Below, piece after piece: positions 25,756 to 35,688 of a DNA stretch of 64,000 nucleotides. A program made the translations under genes and the position numbers. The notes below the pieces were generated by a model, which did no database searches, was not told the origin of the DNA, and saw nothing but the letters and a program-made list of their open reading frames with translations. This stretch comes from an uncultured virus (IMG/VR IMGVR_UViG_2718217636_000001) (lineage: Duplodnaviria > Heunggongvirae > Uroviricota > Caudoviricetes): IMG/VR virus record IMGVR_UViG_2718217636_000001; one strand, 5' to 3'. Positions within the stretch are counted from its first letter, which is position 1, and every line of letters begins with the position of its first letter.

Positions 25756-27963
25756 CTACGTGTGGGGCGAGTCCGCCCGCCAGGCCCGGCGCGGCTTCCC
25801 GGCCGCCCAGCGGCGGCGCGGCGTACGAGCAGCCCAGCCACGACGGATGAGACCGACAGCGCCGATGGCCCGCCCGATGTTGAGGACTTCGGCATGCTCG
25901 GCGAGCACCGCGGCGTCGGTCGCGAACTTGGGCACCACGAGCGATGCGTGATCCGTCAGCGTGCCGCTGTCCGACCCAGCGATGGCAGCGTCAACGGCGG
26001 CGAGCTCAGCGAGCGTCGCGGCGTCGGATGCAGCCAGGCCGATCGAGACCTGCTCGGCGAGCGTCGCGGCGTCGCTGGCTTCCTTGGCGACCGCCGCCGA
26101 AGCCGCTTCGTGGAGCGCGCCCGCGTCGGCCGCCGCCAGCTGCGTTTCCACCGTCGCGACTTCGGCCAGCGTTCCGGAGTCGGCGGAGATCGGGCCGATC
26201 GTCTTAGCGACGTTCACCGTCTCGGCCAGCACGCCGGAGTCGACGCCAGCGGTCTGGGTGCCGAGCTGGGCAGTCTCAGCGAGCACCGCCTGATCGGCGG
26301 CCTGCCGTCCGACTTCCAGCATCGACATCTCAGCCAGCGCGCCCGCGTCGGCCGCCATCGCCTGCGCCGCCACTGCGGCGGCCTCGGCCAGCGTTCCAGA
26401 GTCAGCGGTGATCGGACCGATCGTCTTAGCGACGTCGGCCAGCTCGGCCAGCGCGCCGGAGTCGACGCCGGCGGCTTGCACGTCCACGTGGGCGGTGTCG
26501 ATGACGTGCGCCTGGTCGACGCCGCTCCACCCGACCTCCAGCATCGACGTCTCACCGAGCACCGCCTGATCGGCGCCGCCCGGGACGGCGTCGACGGCCG
26601 GGGCCTCGACCAGAGCGGCCATGTCCGACGCTGTGGCGTCGGACATGGCCGCTGCTGACTCGATCAGCGTCGCGGTGTCGTCGGCTGCCATGGGTTCGCC
26701 GTCCGGCAGGACGGCGACAGCGGAGGATTCGGCCAGGCTGGCCGCGTCGGACGCCGCCTTGGCCGCCTGCGGAGGCCCGGTGACAGCCGGGGTGATGGCC
26801 AGCGTGTAGCCAGCCCGCCATTCCACCTCGTCCACCGAGGCAACGAAGTCCGCGGGGCTGGTCGCCGCGTTGGATTCCAGCGTGCGGGCTGCCGCTGCCA
26901 CCACGGTGTAGATCCGCGACTGGACGCGGGTCAGCGGGGTGAGCCCATCCGGCTCGTCAAAGGTCATGGCGACGCCGAGCGCGTACGCCGCGACCAGGCG
27001 GAGCTCCACGTCGCTGTTCGAGTCCGGGGTGATGCCCGGTGTCGTGATGTTCAGGCCGGTCCCAGCCGTCGAACGCACGAGCTTCGGTGCCGCCGTCAGC
27101 GATGCATCCTTGATTGCGACGAGCAGGCAGACGCCGTCTGAACCGCCCTGCTGCTTGAACGTGTACGTGCCGGGCTCGGCCGACCCTGCGCGTTTCCACC
27201 AGACCCGGATCGCCTGGATGATGCCGTTGTTCGTGTCCAAGGAGTCCAGCAGCTGCCAGGTGGTGCCGCCGGTCGGATCGGTCATGACCGCTGTCGAACC
27301 GCGGTCCGCCGCCTGAATACCGATCACGATGTCGTTGAGAGCGAGCCCGTCAGGCTTGTTGATCGTGTACGTCGCGGTGCCGCTTGCTGCCGTAGACGTC
27401 GACCGGATCGACGGCGGTATGGTGCCGCCCTGGGGCTCGCTCGCCCAGCGCGCCTCGGCCAGATGGCCGCTGTCGGTGCTGGCTTTGGCGACCTCCGGCA
27501 CCGGGGCGATATTGGTCGTCTCGGTCAGAGTGCCGCTGTCGGCGCCGGCCTTGGGCGTCCCCGTGTCCGGAACGGTGAACTCGATCTGGTCAACCCAGGC
27601 CGCGTCACTGCCGTTGGGGAACGACTCGTCCTTGGTGTAGAGAAACGTGACCTGCGACTTTCCGGTCACGTTGTACGTGGCGGACGCCCAGGCGACATCA
27701 CCGGATTCGGTGAGGACCTCCACGTCGTCGATCAGGACGTGGAGCTTGTCGAAGTCGGCTTCCGATGAGACCCGGTAGTAGAACGTCAGGGACGTGGCCT
27801 GGGCTGGGATGGCCACCACAGCCTGCGTCGACTCCAGGTCGCTGATGGTGCGGCTGCGCAGCGACCAACTGCCGAACGCCGCATTGCCTTGAGCCCGTGT
27901 CCAGTCTCCCGTGATGGTGAGGTTGAGGGTTGCGTCCTCGAAGTCCTCCAGGATGGTCGCCAC
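25756..27963 (-). CDS. Large repetitive fibre-like protein (N-terminal jelly-roll-like domain, ~18-aa DxxxLAE repeats)
   Basis: 735 aa; LTFYYRVSSEADFDKL domain; many ADSGTLAE-like repeats; 222-bp internal duplication (26201 vs 26423). Confidence 0.7.
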   Translation of the reverse strand: MATILEDFEDATLNLTITGDWTRAQGNAAFGSWSLRSRTISDLESTQAVVAIPAQATSLTFYYRVSSEADFDKLHVLIDDVEVLTESGDVAWASATYNVTGKSQVTFLYTKDESFPNGSDAAWVDQIEFTVPDTGTPKAGADSGTLTETTNIAPVPEVAKASTDSGHLAEARWASEPQGGTIPPSIRSTSTAASGTATYTINKPDGLALNDIVIGIQAADRGSTAVMTDPTGGTTWQLLDSLDTNNGIIQAIRVWWKRAGSAEPGTYTFKQQGGSDGVCLLVAIKDASLTAAPKLVRSTAGTGLNITTPGITPDSNSDVELRLVAAYALGVAMTFDEPDGLTPLTRVQSRIYTVVAAAARTLESNAATSPADFVASVDEVEWRAGYTLAITPAVTGPPQAAKAASDAASLAESSAVAVLPDGEPMAADDTATLIESAAAMSDATASDMAALVEAPAVDAVPGGADQAVLGETSMLEVGWSGVDQAHVIDTAHVDVQAAGVDSGALAELADVAKTIGPITADSGTLAEAAAVAAQAMAADAGALAEMSMLEVGRQAADQAVLAETAQLGTQTAGVDSGVLAETVNVAKTIGPISADSGTLAEVATVETQLAAADAGALHEAASAAVAKEASDAATLAEQVSIGLAASDAATLAELAAVDAAIAGSDSGTLTDHASLVVPKFATDAAVLAEHAEVLNIGRAIGAVGLIRRGWAARTPRRRWAAGKPRRAWRADSPHT

Positions 27964-28001
27964 CCGCTACTCCCCTCCCCGTCAGGCAGTCGCGTGATGG
28001 C

Positions 28002-28547
28002 TCAGACCAGGGAGAGTTGAACGGTGAACACCCAGGAGGCGGCGCTGGTCTTCTCACCCAGGTTCTCCACCTTGCGGTTGAGCATCCGGCCGCCGGCAGC
28101 GGCGTTGAAGATCCCCCATTCGGCCCACACGAAGTTCGCTTCGGCGGTGGAGAACGTCGACCGGAACGTCAGCAGCGCACCGCCGGCGTCGACGCCATCG
28201 ACGTGCTGCGGGTACGTGGCGTCCATGCCCTTGCGGAGCGTGTTCGCGCCCTGCAGGTTGGTCTGCAGCGGGTCCGCCGCGGCGGTGCCATTGCCGACAC
28301 CGATCCGGGCGTTGGTCGCGTCGTACGCTGCGACGGTGCTGCCACCGGTGAGTCGGTGCCACAGCGCGGATGCGCCGCCGTACATGAGGGCGTTGCCCTC
28401 GCGCTCGATCACCTCGTACGGCGCGGCGGTCAGGTCGTCACCGTGGAACTTCTCCACCTTCCAGTGGCAGCGCCACTTCACGGCGTCGTGGCGGCCCACG
28501 CCGGCCGCCAGGTGGCTTCCCTCGGTCAGTCGAGCGGTCTCCCGCAT
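28002..28547 (-). CDS. Putative fibre-attachment/virion protein
   Basis: IGVGNGT...EANFVWAEWGIFNAAAGGRMLNRKV. Confidence 0.6.
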   Translation of the reverse strand: MRETARLTEGSHLAAGVGRHDAVKWRCHWKVEKFHGDDLTAAPYEVIEREGNALMYGGASALWHRLTGGSTVAAYDATNARIGVGNGTAAADPLQTNLQGANTLRKGMDATYPQHVDGVDAGGALLTFRSTFSTAEANFVWAEWGIFNAAAGGRMLNRKVENLGEKTSAASWVFTVQLSLV

Positions 28548-28613
28548 GGTGCCCTCCCGGACATGCAGAAGGGCCACCCGCTCGGGCGGCCCTGACGTTG
28601 TGGTTGAGGTGCG

Positions 28614-28656
28614 ATCCCCGGCCCCGCGCTGCCCCTCAACAGCAGGGGCCGGGGAT
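28614..28656. terminator. GC-rich hairpin downstream of terL
   Basis: ATCCCCGGCCCC...GGGGCCGGGGAT 12-bp arms. Confidence 0.45.
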
Positions 28657-28725
28657 GCACCGGCTCCGGACGCGCTGTCCCGGGAGCGCGTTCGGAGCGG
28701 CCCACCGTGGAGGCGGTGGGAGTCA

Positions 28726-30033
28726 TCAGTCGGGCAAGCGGAACTGCTTGCCCCAGTTGGGGACGGGCTCCATCAGCGGCATCCACGCAGCCTGCGTGGT
28801 GTGCAGGATGTACCGGCTGGCGTCGATCGAGTGGTCGTCGAGCTTCACCGGCGCGTCGTCGCCTTTCTCGGCCTTCTTGTCGTCCCAGCTGTAGGAGCCG
28901 ACCTCGCCGAGCCAGCCCAGGCAGGATTCATGCACCCGCAGGTGGTCGCTGGCGATCAGGTTGGACACCGTGCGGATGCCGTCGAGCACCGCGTTATCGC
29001 CCAGCCGAGGCATCAACCCGTCGTGCATCAGCTGCGTGACGAAACTCGCCGCAGACGGGTCGACGACGATGTATTCAGGCCGGAGACCCACCGTGCCGGG
29101 CCCGTACGGGTCGGGCACGGCGTCCAGCCACTCCGAGACCCTCGCCGAGTACTCGGCGTCCGTGAGCTGCCGGCGCTCGGCGCGGGAATCCCACCGCCAC
29201 TCTCTGGCGAGGTAGACGCGCCGCTGGCCAGTGGCGTCCGGGACGGACACCCCGGCGAGCAGAGCCGAGAAAGGATTCACCGTGCCGTAGTCGATGCCGA
29301 CGCCGAGCCACCGTTCCATGAGCGGCAGTTCGTGCACGATGTGACGGTCGGGGTCCCACATGTCGAAGACAGCACCCTCAGCCATGCACCACTCACCGAG
29401 GACGTACCTCCTATACCAGAGGCCGGTGTACTCGGCCTTGAGGTTGGCCACGTACAGCGGGTCCAAGCTGGGATTGTCGTCCAAGGTGAAGTGCCACCAG
29501 CGCAGGTCCAACTCGTGCGAGCGGAGCAGGAACCTCTTGCGCAGCCAGTGGTTCGGAGCGTCCGGGTTCGTCGTAGCAAAGATCATCGCGCCCGGCACGG
29601 AGCAGCGGGCGAGCAGCTGATCCCAGAACGCCTCAGGGATCAGCGTCGCCTCGTCCACGTACGCGCCCGCGCAGGTCAGACCACGCAGCCGAGACTCCGA
29701 CCGGACGTCGTTCGCGGAGATGATCTCGACGCGGCGGCCCAGGATGTTGCCGGTGACCGCGCCGCGCGTGTAGAAGATCCGCCGAGCCACCGGCCCCGTC
29801 AGCGACGGGTCCATCAGCGGCTCGAACACGTTGCGCGCGATCGTGTCGGCGGTCTTGCCGACGATCACCAAGTGGCCGCCACGCGGTGCCTGCGCCACGT
29901 AGATCAGCCACCGCAGCAGACTGGCGATGGTCTTGCCGGAGCGGACACTGCCGGTCCAGATGTTGATCCGGGCCGTCGACTCAGCGATGCTGCGCTCCTG
30001 CATCGGCGACAGCGTGACAACCGCCAGGCTCAC
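28726..30033 (-). CDS. terL: Terminase large subunit (PBSX-type)
   Basis: GSVRSGKT Walker A, VDEAT, TTNP, IDYGTVNP, DDHSIDASRY. Confidence 0.93.
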   Translation of the reverse strand: MSLAVVTLSPMQERSIAESTARINIWTGSVRSGKTIASLLRWLIYVAQAPRGGHLVIVGKTADTIARNVFEPLMDPSLTGPVARRIFYTRGAVTGNILGRRVEIISANDVRSESRLRGLTCAGAYVDEATLIPEAFWDQLLARCSVPGAMIFATTNPDAPNHWLRKRFLLRSHELDLRWWHFTLDDNPSLDPLYVANLKAEYTGLWYRRYVLGEWCMAEGAVFDMWDPDRHIVHELPLMERWLGVGIDYGTVNPFSALLAGVSVPDATGQRRVYLAREWRWDSRAERRQLTDAEYSARVSEWLDAVPDPYGPGTVGLRPEYIVVDPSAASFVTQLMHDGLMPRLGDNAVLDGIRTVSNLIASDHLRVHESCLGWLGEVGSYSWDDKKAEKGDDAPVKLDDHSIDASRYILHTTQAAWMPLMEPVPNWGKQFRLPD

Positions 30034-30506
30034 GGGCGGTCCTCGCCGGCCTCGATGGCGTCCACCACCTCGACCGTCACATCGTCCTGGCCGTGCCGGG
30101 CCTTCAAGTTGGAGAACAGGTTGCCCAGCAGGGAGGCGATGTCGGCGTTCTCCGACCCGTTCCGGTTGAGCAGGTCCAGGCCCAGCAGGCTGCAGCGGCG
30201 CGCGATCAGCTTCTCCGCCTGGTCAACCGCCTTCACATCGCCAGACAGCGCCTTGCCCCAGACGCTGGCCATGAGCCGGTCCAGCCGGTCGATCTCGATC
30301 TGCAGCAGCTGCTCGGACGCCATCTGCTCGGCCTGCGCGGCCTTCTGCAGGCTGCGCGTGATGTCCTTGATGACGGCCGCGCCACTGGAGTAGCCGAGGT
30401 TCTCCGCGATGATCGTCGGGCTGATGCCCGCGATCCGCATCTGCACGGCCTTGGCGCGCCGCTCCGCGACGACGACGGACCGTGCCCGCTTTCTGCTGGA
30501 AACCAT
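30030..30506 (-). CDS. terS: Terminase small subunit
   Basis: N-terminal HTH (IAENLGY), RLDRL, RRCSLLGLD; overlaps terL. Confidence 0.8.
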   Translation of the reverse strand: MVSSRKRARSVVVAERRAKAVQMRIAGISPTIIAENLGYSSGAAVIKDITRSLQKAAQAEQMASEQLLQIEIDRLDRLMASVWGKALSGDVKAVDQAEKLIARRCSLLGLDLLNRNGSENADIASLLGNLFSNLKARHGQDDVTVEVVDAIEAGEDRP

Positions 30507-30552
30507 GAGGGGACCCCCGTCCGAGGTGCGTGAGAGAAGATCAGTGAGGGCG

Positions 30553-30945
30553 TCAGGCGTCGGTGCCGCGCCAGACGTGCAGCACGAGCTGCCCGCCCTT
30601 CACCACCGGCCCGAGCCGCATGTCCGGCCCGACCAGGTGTTCGGCGTCGTCGTCCACCAGCACGCCGGCGTCGGTCATCGCGCCGTCCACCGCCGCCTTC
30701 GCGGACGGATACCAGTTGCCGGGGTCGCGCCTACGCCTGTCGTTCGGCCGGAGCTCGCCAACGACGTACACCCGCTCAAGCCGGGGCAGGCCAACCGCCA
30801 GGGAAGCCCTGTGGCCAGCGCGGCGCAGCAGCTTCGTGACGCGAGCCTTCGCCATCGGGTGCAGCCGCTGATTCGAGTTCAGAAGCTCCAGGCCCGGCGG
30901 CAACTCGATGCTCCAGTCCGGGGCAGGCCGCTCGTCGAACCACAT
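30553..30945 (-). CDS. RusA-like Holliday junction resolvase
   Basis: RRRDPGN...KAAVDG...AGVLVDDD. Confidence 0.75.
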   Translation of the reverse strand: MWFDERPAPDWSIELPPGLELLNSNQRLHPMAKARVTKLLRRAGHRASLAVGLPRLERVYVVGELRPNDRRRRDPGNWYPSAKAAVDGAMTDAGVLVDDDAEHLVGPDMRLGPVVKGGQLVLHVWRGTDA

Positions 30946-30959
30946 CGGTCACCCCCTCG

Positions 30960-31730
30960 CTACTGGGCAGAGGCGAAAGCCCCGATCACCGCCCACGAAT
31001 GCCACCTGAACAGGACTTCCGGCGCGTGCCATCCGGCCGCGACCATGGCGTCCGCGGTGGCCTGCTGCGGGTACGGCCGCAGCACCCCGCGCAGGGCCTT
31101 CGCCTTGGCTCGGATCGCCGAGTCGCTGATGCCGTGCGCGGCCTTGTAGTCGTGCGCGACGTCCTGGCCGATCTCGGCCCACCGGCTGTCGATGGCGCGG
31201 ATTTTCTCGGCGACGATCAGGGCGCCGCTCTCGGCCGAACGCTGCCGGGCGAGCCGGAGCGCCTTCACCCGCTCCTTGCGCGGTAGGAACTGCAGCGTGA
31301 ACAGCGCCAAGGTCAGGTCGGCGTCCTCATGCGCGAGCGGCCCGTCCTGGATGCGGGTCGCGCTGAGCATGGCGTCGTACACGCCGCCCACCTTGGAGGC
31401 GAGCTTGCGCAGTTCGACGGCGGCCTGGTCGAGCATCGCGGGCTGCTCGTCGTACAACACGAACCGGACGCCCCGGTCAGGGTGCCGCTCCAGGATGCGC
31501 CGCGCTGACGCCCCGGTCGACGCTCCGAGGTCGGCGACCAGGCCGCCGGCCGGGACGAGCCAGTCGGTCGTCTCGGCCACGAGGTCCTGGATCACGTCGT
31601 AGTGCGGGACGCTGGCGCGCACGTGGTCGTCGAACACCTCGACCACCTCGGGCGTGAACTGCCAGCCGCCAGTGTCGAACCGTTCGGCGACGTCAGCGTC
31701 TCTCTGACGCGGCAACCGTGCACCAGTCAA
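30960..31730 (-). CDS. CmoA-like (carboxy-SAM synthase family) SAM-dependent enzyme
   Basis: WQFTPEVVEVFDDHVRASVPHY, DLGASTG, FTLQFL, GALIVAEK, HDYKAAHG all match CmoA blocks. Confidence 0.8.
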   Translation of the reverse strand: MTGARLPRQRDADVAERFDTGGWQFTPEVVEVFDDHVRASVPHYDVIQDLVAETTDWLVPAGGLVADLGASTGASARRILERHPDRGVRFVLYDEQPAMLDQAAVELRKLASKVGGVYDAMLSATRIQDGPLAHEDADLTLALFTLQFLPRKERVKALRLARQRSAESGALIVAEKIRAIDSRWAEIGQDVAHDYKAAHGISDSAIRAKAKALRGVLRPYPQQATADAMVAAGWHAPEVLFRWHSWAVIGAFASAQ

Positions 31731-31962
31731 GGGAGAATCCTCTTTAGACCGACATGTAAAGGCGACATATCCAGAAAGACGGGCGATTGGAAATTAAACG
31801 TGCCCGGTTGGTCAGATTTTCCCAATAGATTCATTGGCGGGAAATTGAATGTGCATTGTCTTGGTCTGAAAAATCCGGCGATAGACTTCATTTATTGCTT
31901 CCGCATCTCGTGGGCCGCCTAGTCGGCGGACTTCTGCGACAGGGACAGCGAGGAGAGTTGCA

Positions 31963-32577
31963 ATGTCGAAGACCAAGGGCTACCTGAACGCGATCATCGC
32001 GCCATTGCTAGTTTTCGCCGCACCACTCCCTGCATTCGCGAAAATGGACAGCAACCGCGATCGCGGCCCCGACACCTGGATCAACAACAAGATCACAGGC
32101 GGACAACTCTTCGTCGACATCCCCAGCGAATGTCGCTACAACATCGAGAACCCTGAATGCGTCCTCGGTAGGCGTATCCGATTGGGTGCCCGAATCGGCG
32201 GCAATTACCATGCCTTCTTTTTTGAGAGCTCGCCCGGCATCACAGGCGATCTAATCAGATGGACCGGCCTGAACGGGACGAAGTGTTTGGATGTGGCACA
32301 TGACGGTAAAGCCAATGGCGCGGCCGTAGTCTTGTGGGGTTGCCACGGGGGCCCTAACCAGCGGTGGAGAGCGGATAGCTTCTACTCCGGCCCCCACAAG
32401 GGTTTCAGGATCCTCGTGAGCGTCAGCAGCGGCAAGTGCCTCGACGTCCACAACGGGGCCTACCCTGAGTGGCCACGCCCCAATGCTCCCCTACAGATAT
32501 GGGACTGCTTCCATCCCACCGATCTTAGAAAGGCTGCGAACCGTGTCAATCAAGTCTGGGAGTTCAAGCGATACTAG
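31963..32577 (+). CDS. Secreted ricin-B (RICIN) lectin domain protein (moron)
   Basis: Signal peptide (AFA), KCLDV x2, WGCHGGPNQRW, QIWDC, NQVW; lower GC. Confidence 0.85.
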   Translation: MSKTKGYLNAIIAPLLVFAAPLPAFAKMDSNRDRGPDTWINNKITGGQLFVDIPSECRYNIENPECVLGRRIRLGARIGGNYHAFFFESSPGITGDLIRWTGLNGTKCLDVAHDGKANGAAVVLWGCHGGPNQRWRADSFYSGPHKGFRILVSVSSGKCLDVHNGAYPEWPRPNAPLQIWDCFHPTDLRKAANRVNQVWEFKRY

Positions 32578-32627
32578 TATTTTCCTGTCCTGACGAGATG
32601 AAGCTTGCGGATGGCGAAGCGTACATC

Positions 32628-34040
32628 TCATGCACTGTTCCTGACGAGGCGCTGGTATTCGGCGCGGTAGAAACGGGCCGGGTTCGGCAGCACGTCCATG
32701 ATCGCGGTCTTCAAACCTAACCCGTCCTGGAACGCGACCTTCGGCCGCCTCACCACGGCGTCGGGCAGCAGCCCGGCGTACGCGCGCTGCAGCACCGCCT
32801 TGGGGTGGGCCTTGCCGTCCGCCACGGCGTGCTGCGGCAGCGACAGCGCCAGATCGACCACGTCGGGGTCGCAGAACGGCAACCGCCCCTCCACCGAGTG
32901 CGCCATAAACGTCTTGTTGACGCGCGGGAAGTTCTTGCGGGCCTGCGCCGCCATGAGGTCGCACCGGTAGATGTGCCAGTCGGTCTTCTGCAGCGCGTGG
33001 AAGGCGAACCCGTAGCTGGCCCACAGCTCGTCGCTGCCCTCGCCGGAGTAGGTGACCTTGAAGCCGTCCGAGCGGATCCGCTCGGCGAGCTGCAGGCACG
33101 CCCACCCGATCTCCACCTGCGCCTTGTGCGGCATCTCGATCACGGACACCACGCGGGCCAGGTCGTCAGCGGTCGGCGCCGGGATGTCCACCTCTATCAG
33201 CCGGATCCCGAGCTGCTCTGCGGTCTCGCGCGCGCACCGCAGGTCCCGAGACTTCGGGTCCATGCGGGCGGTGTACGCCACCAGATCGGGCACGTGCTGC
33301 GCCAGCTCGTACGTGATCGCGGCCGAGTCGATGCCGCCGGACAGCAGCGCGCACACCGGCACGTCGGCGATGAGCCGCCGCTGTACCGCCCGCGCCAGCG
33401 TGTCCTTCAGCGTCGCCGACGCGAGCTCCAGCGTGTAGCCCGCCGGCGTGCACCGCTGGGTGTGGAAGCGGCTCCACTGGGCGCGGCGGCCGTGGAATGT
33501 CCCCCACTGCCCGGCGGGGACGTCCGCGATCAGGTGCGCGGCCATCGGGCGGCCAGCCGCGGCGAACGCGCGCAGCTCGGACGCGGCCATGACGGGCTGC
33601 GCCAGGTGCAGGTGCAGCGGGATCTCGCCGTGCCGGTCGCGGGCGACGTGAAGCACGCCCGGCCGCCGGTCGTCGGCCCACGCCACGGCGAACATGCCGT
33701 TCACCATCGGCAGGGCTCGTTCGGGGCCGAGCACGGCGAGCGCGGCGGCCAGGGCCTCTGTGTCGCCCGTCGTCGCCCAGCCCCGGCCAGGGACGCGCTC
33801 CTCGACGGCCTGGCGCAGTTCGGCGGCGTTGTAGATCTCGCCGTTGTAGGCGACCGTGACCGGCCCGTCCCGGTACGGCTGGTCGGATCGGCTGTCGAGG
33901 TCCTGCACCGCGAGCCGGGTGTGTCCGAGATGCACGCCGTCCACTTCGACCAGGCTGGACGCGTCCGGCCCACGATGGGTGAGCGCCGCCACGGCCGGGG
34001 CCAAGTCGAGCCGACCGAGGCCGGCGACGACACCGCACAT
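32628..34040 (-). CDS. Asparagine synthetase B-like glutamine amidotransferase / amide ligase
   Basis: MCG Ntn cysteine, HRGPD, YNGEIYN, SGGIDS, SGEGSDEL, VEGRLPF. Confidence 0.88.
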   Translation of the reverse strand: MCGVVAGLGRLDLAPAVAALTHRGPDASSLVEVDGVHLGHTRLAVQDLDSRSDQPYRDGPVTVAYNGEIYNAAELRQAVEERVPGRGWATTGDTEALAAALAVLGPERALPMVNGMFAVAWADDRRPGVLHVARDRHGEIPLHLHLAQPVMAASELRAFAAAGRPMAAHLIADVPAGQWGTFHGRRAQWSRFHTQRCTPAGYTLELASATLKDTLARAVQRRLIADVPVCALLSGGIDSAAITYELAQHVPDLVAYTARMDPKSRDLRCARETAEQLGIRLIEVDIPAPTADDLARVVSVIEMPHKAQVEIGWACLQLAERIRSDGFKVTYSGEGSDELWASYGFAFHALQKTDWHIYRCDLMAAQARKNFPRVNKTFMAHSVEGRLPFCDPDVVDLALSLPQHAVADGKAHPKAVLQRAYAGLLPDAVVRRPKVAFQDGLGLKTAIMDVLPNPARFYRAEYQRLVRNSA

Positions 34041-35131
34041 CAGATCCTCCCCGCGTCTCGTAGCGGCACGAGCACCTGATCGCGCACGGTCTTAGCGATC
34101 CGCGCCATCATCACCGGCGGCACGGCGCGGCCGATCCGCTCCCACCGGCGGTAGTAGGAGCCGGTGAGCTGGAAGTCGTCCGGGAAGCCGCCCAGGCGGC
34201 GCAGCTCGGCGAGCGACGGGTAGCGCGGGTGGTCGGGGTGGGTGAGCGCGGCGGTGCCAGCGGTGCCCGCCCTGGCCACGATGGTGTGCGCGGGCTGGTC
34301 CCACGCCATCCGCTTGAGGCTGGTCCGCTTCTTGTGGCCTTCGCCGGGCCGCAGCTCGTGCCAGTACTTCTCCACGGCGTAGCCGCGCAGCGTGAGCGGC
34401 TGCCCGGTCTCCGGGTCTTCGGCCAGGTCGTCGTGCGCGCCCGGCAGGTCGCCGATCGCGTCGCGCACCGTGTACCGGTACGGCAGCGGCGCTGGGTGGG
34501 CAGGGTCAACGCCGAGGTCATCGCGGACGCCGACGAAGATGAGCCGACGCCGGGCCTGCGGCACGCCGAGCCATTGTGCGTCGAGCAGCTTCGCCGTGAC
34601 GCGGTATCCGGGCTTGCGCAGCGCGGCCAGGATCTCCTTGAAGTAGCCCTTCGCGGTGCCCTGCACCAGACCGGCGACGTTCTCCGCGACGAACACTTTG
34701 GGCTGCAGGTCGCCGAGGAGGCGCGTGAACTCGAAGAACAGGTCGTCCACCCGCTGCTTGGTGTCGCTGTAGGTCTTGACGGTGTCCCACCCGGCCTCGC
34801 GCTTGCCCGAGGAGGAGAACGCGGCGCACGGCGGGCTGCCGTCGAGCAGGTCGAGCTCTCTCACCTTGAGGCCGATCCGGACGAGGATGTCCTTCGCGGT
34901 GACCTGGCGGATGTCGCGGGTGTCGAGGTGGGTGTACGCCGCGGCGTTGGCCCGGTAGGTCTCGGCGGCTGCGGCAATGAACTCCGACGCCCAAAGTATG
35001 CGGAAGCCGGCCGTGCGGTAGCCGAGCGACGAACCGCCACAGCCGGAGAAGGTGCTGACGGCGTTGAAGCCGTTCCACGGCACCGCCCGGACCTCGGCCA
35101 TGGTCGGCACTCGGTACGGCAGCTTGGTCAG
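34040..35131 (-). CDS. C5 cytosine DNA methyltransferase-family enzyme (possible carboxymethyltransferase)
   Basis: FSGCGG, GSPPC, ENV, QARRR, GFPDDF, motif X GRAVPP; start CTG 35131 (GGAGG RBS) or ATG 35101. Confidence 0.88.
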   Translation of the reverse strand: MTKLPYRVPTMAEVRAVPWNGFNAVSTFSGCGGSSLGYRTAGFRILWASEFIAAAAETYRANAAAYTHLDTRDIRQVTAKDILVRIGLKVRELDLLDGSPPCAAFSSSGKREAGWDTVKTYSDTKQRVDDLFFEFTRLLGDLQPKVFVAENVAGLVQGTAKGYFKEILAALRKPGYRVTAKLLDAQWLGVPQARRRLIFVGVRDDLGVDPAHPAPLPYRYTVRDAIGDLPGAHDDLAEDPETGQPLTLRGYAVEKYWHELRPGEGHKKRTSLKRMAWDQPAHTIVARAGTAGTAALTHPDHPRYPSLAELRRLGGFPDDFQLTGSYYRRWERIGRAVPPVMMARIAKTVRDQVLVPLRDAGRI

Positions 35132-35454
35132 GGGTGCGGCCTCCACTTGTGGCCGTGAATCTCTGGCAGGGGGCATGGACCAATCCAGTCGAGAGAGGGC
35201 TTGGAGTCCAGCACGATCAGGTGACCTGAGCCATACAGGCCAATGCGAAGACGAGAATCGGTCAGCTGCGTGGCGAGTCGCTCCACCTCTTCCACACGGA
35301 ACCCGTCGTTCAGAGTCGAACGGTGTACTCCGAACGTCTACCTTGCTTGAACAGCTCCCGGAGGTACCCTTGAGGGGCGCGTTGAAAAGCGGATCTCCGA
35401 TCAAGATTCACTGTCCTTACCCGAATCCTGAGCGATGCGGGCCCTACCCGCCCA

Positions 35455-35493
35455 CCTATGAGCCTGGTTTGCTCCCGTAACGAGGCTCATAGG
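35455..35493 (+). promoter_or_regulatory. Perfect 11-bp stem-loop in leader of small ORF
   Basis: CCTATGAGCCT-17nt-AGGCTCATAGG. Confidence 0.5.
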
Positions 35494-35533
35494 CCGGGAT
35501 GTGGCCCGCCTCGTTATTGGAGAAGGGAAGATC

Positions 35534-35653
35534 ATGGATCGCGACCCGGAGAGGCGGAGCCGTTGGTGGTGGCTTCCGGGATCTTTAGCCGCAGCAGCCT
35601 CGGTTGCACGGCTCGTGTATGAGATCTTCCGCGACCGGGCTGGGCTCCACTAA
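35534..35653 (+). CDS. 39-aa peptide, type I toxin-like candidate
   Basis: MDRDPERRSRWWWLPGSLAAAASVARLVYEIFRDRAGLH; purine-rich RBS; followed by terminator. Confidence 0.55.
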   Translation: MDRDPERRSRWWWLPGSLAAAASVARLVYEIFRDRAGLH

Positions 35654-35661
35654 GGCCCAGT

Positions 35662-35688
35662 AGGCCCCCGACTTGCTCGGGGGCCTTT
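35662..35688 (+). terminator. Intrinsic terminator
   Basis: AGGCCCCCGA-CTTGC-TCGGGGGCCT-TT. Confidence 0.65.

Noticed and set aside
32628..34040. Lasso peptide cyclase or housekeeping asnB
   Set aside because: No precursor or B proteins nearby, the glutaminase domain is intact, and it is coupled to a DNA MTase.
35132..35404. N-terminal extension of the MTase in the ORF track
   Set aside because: Atypical composition and no motif; part of the inserted segment.
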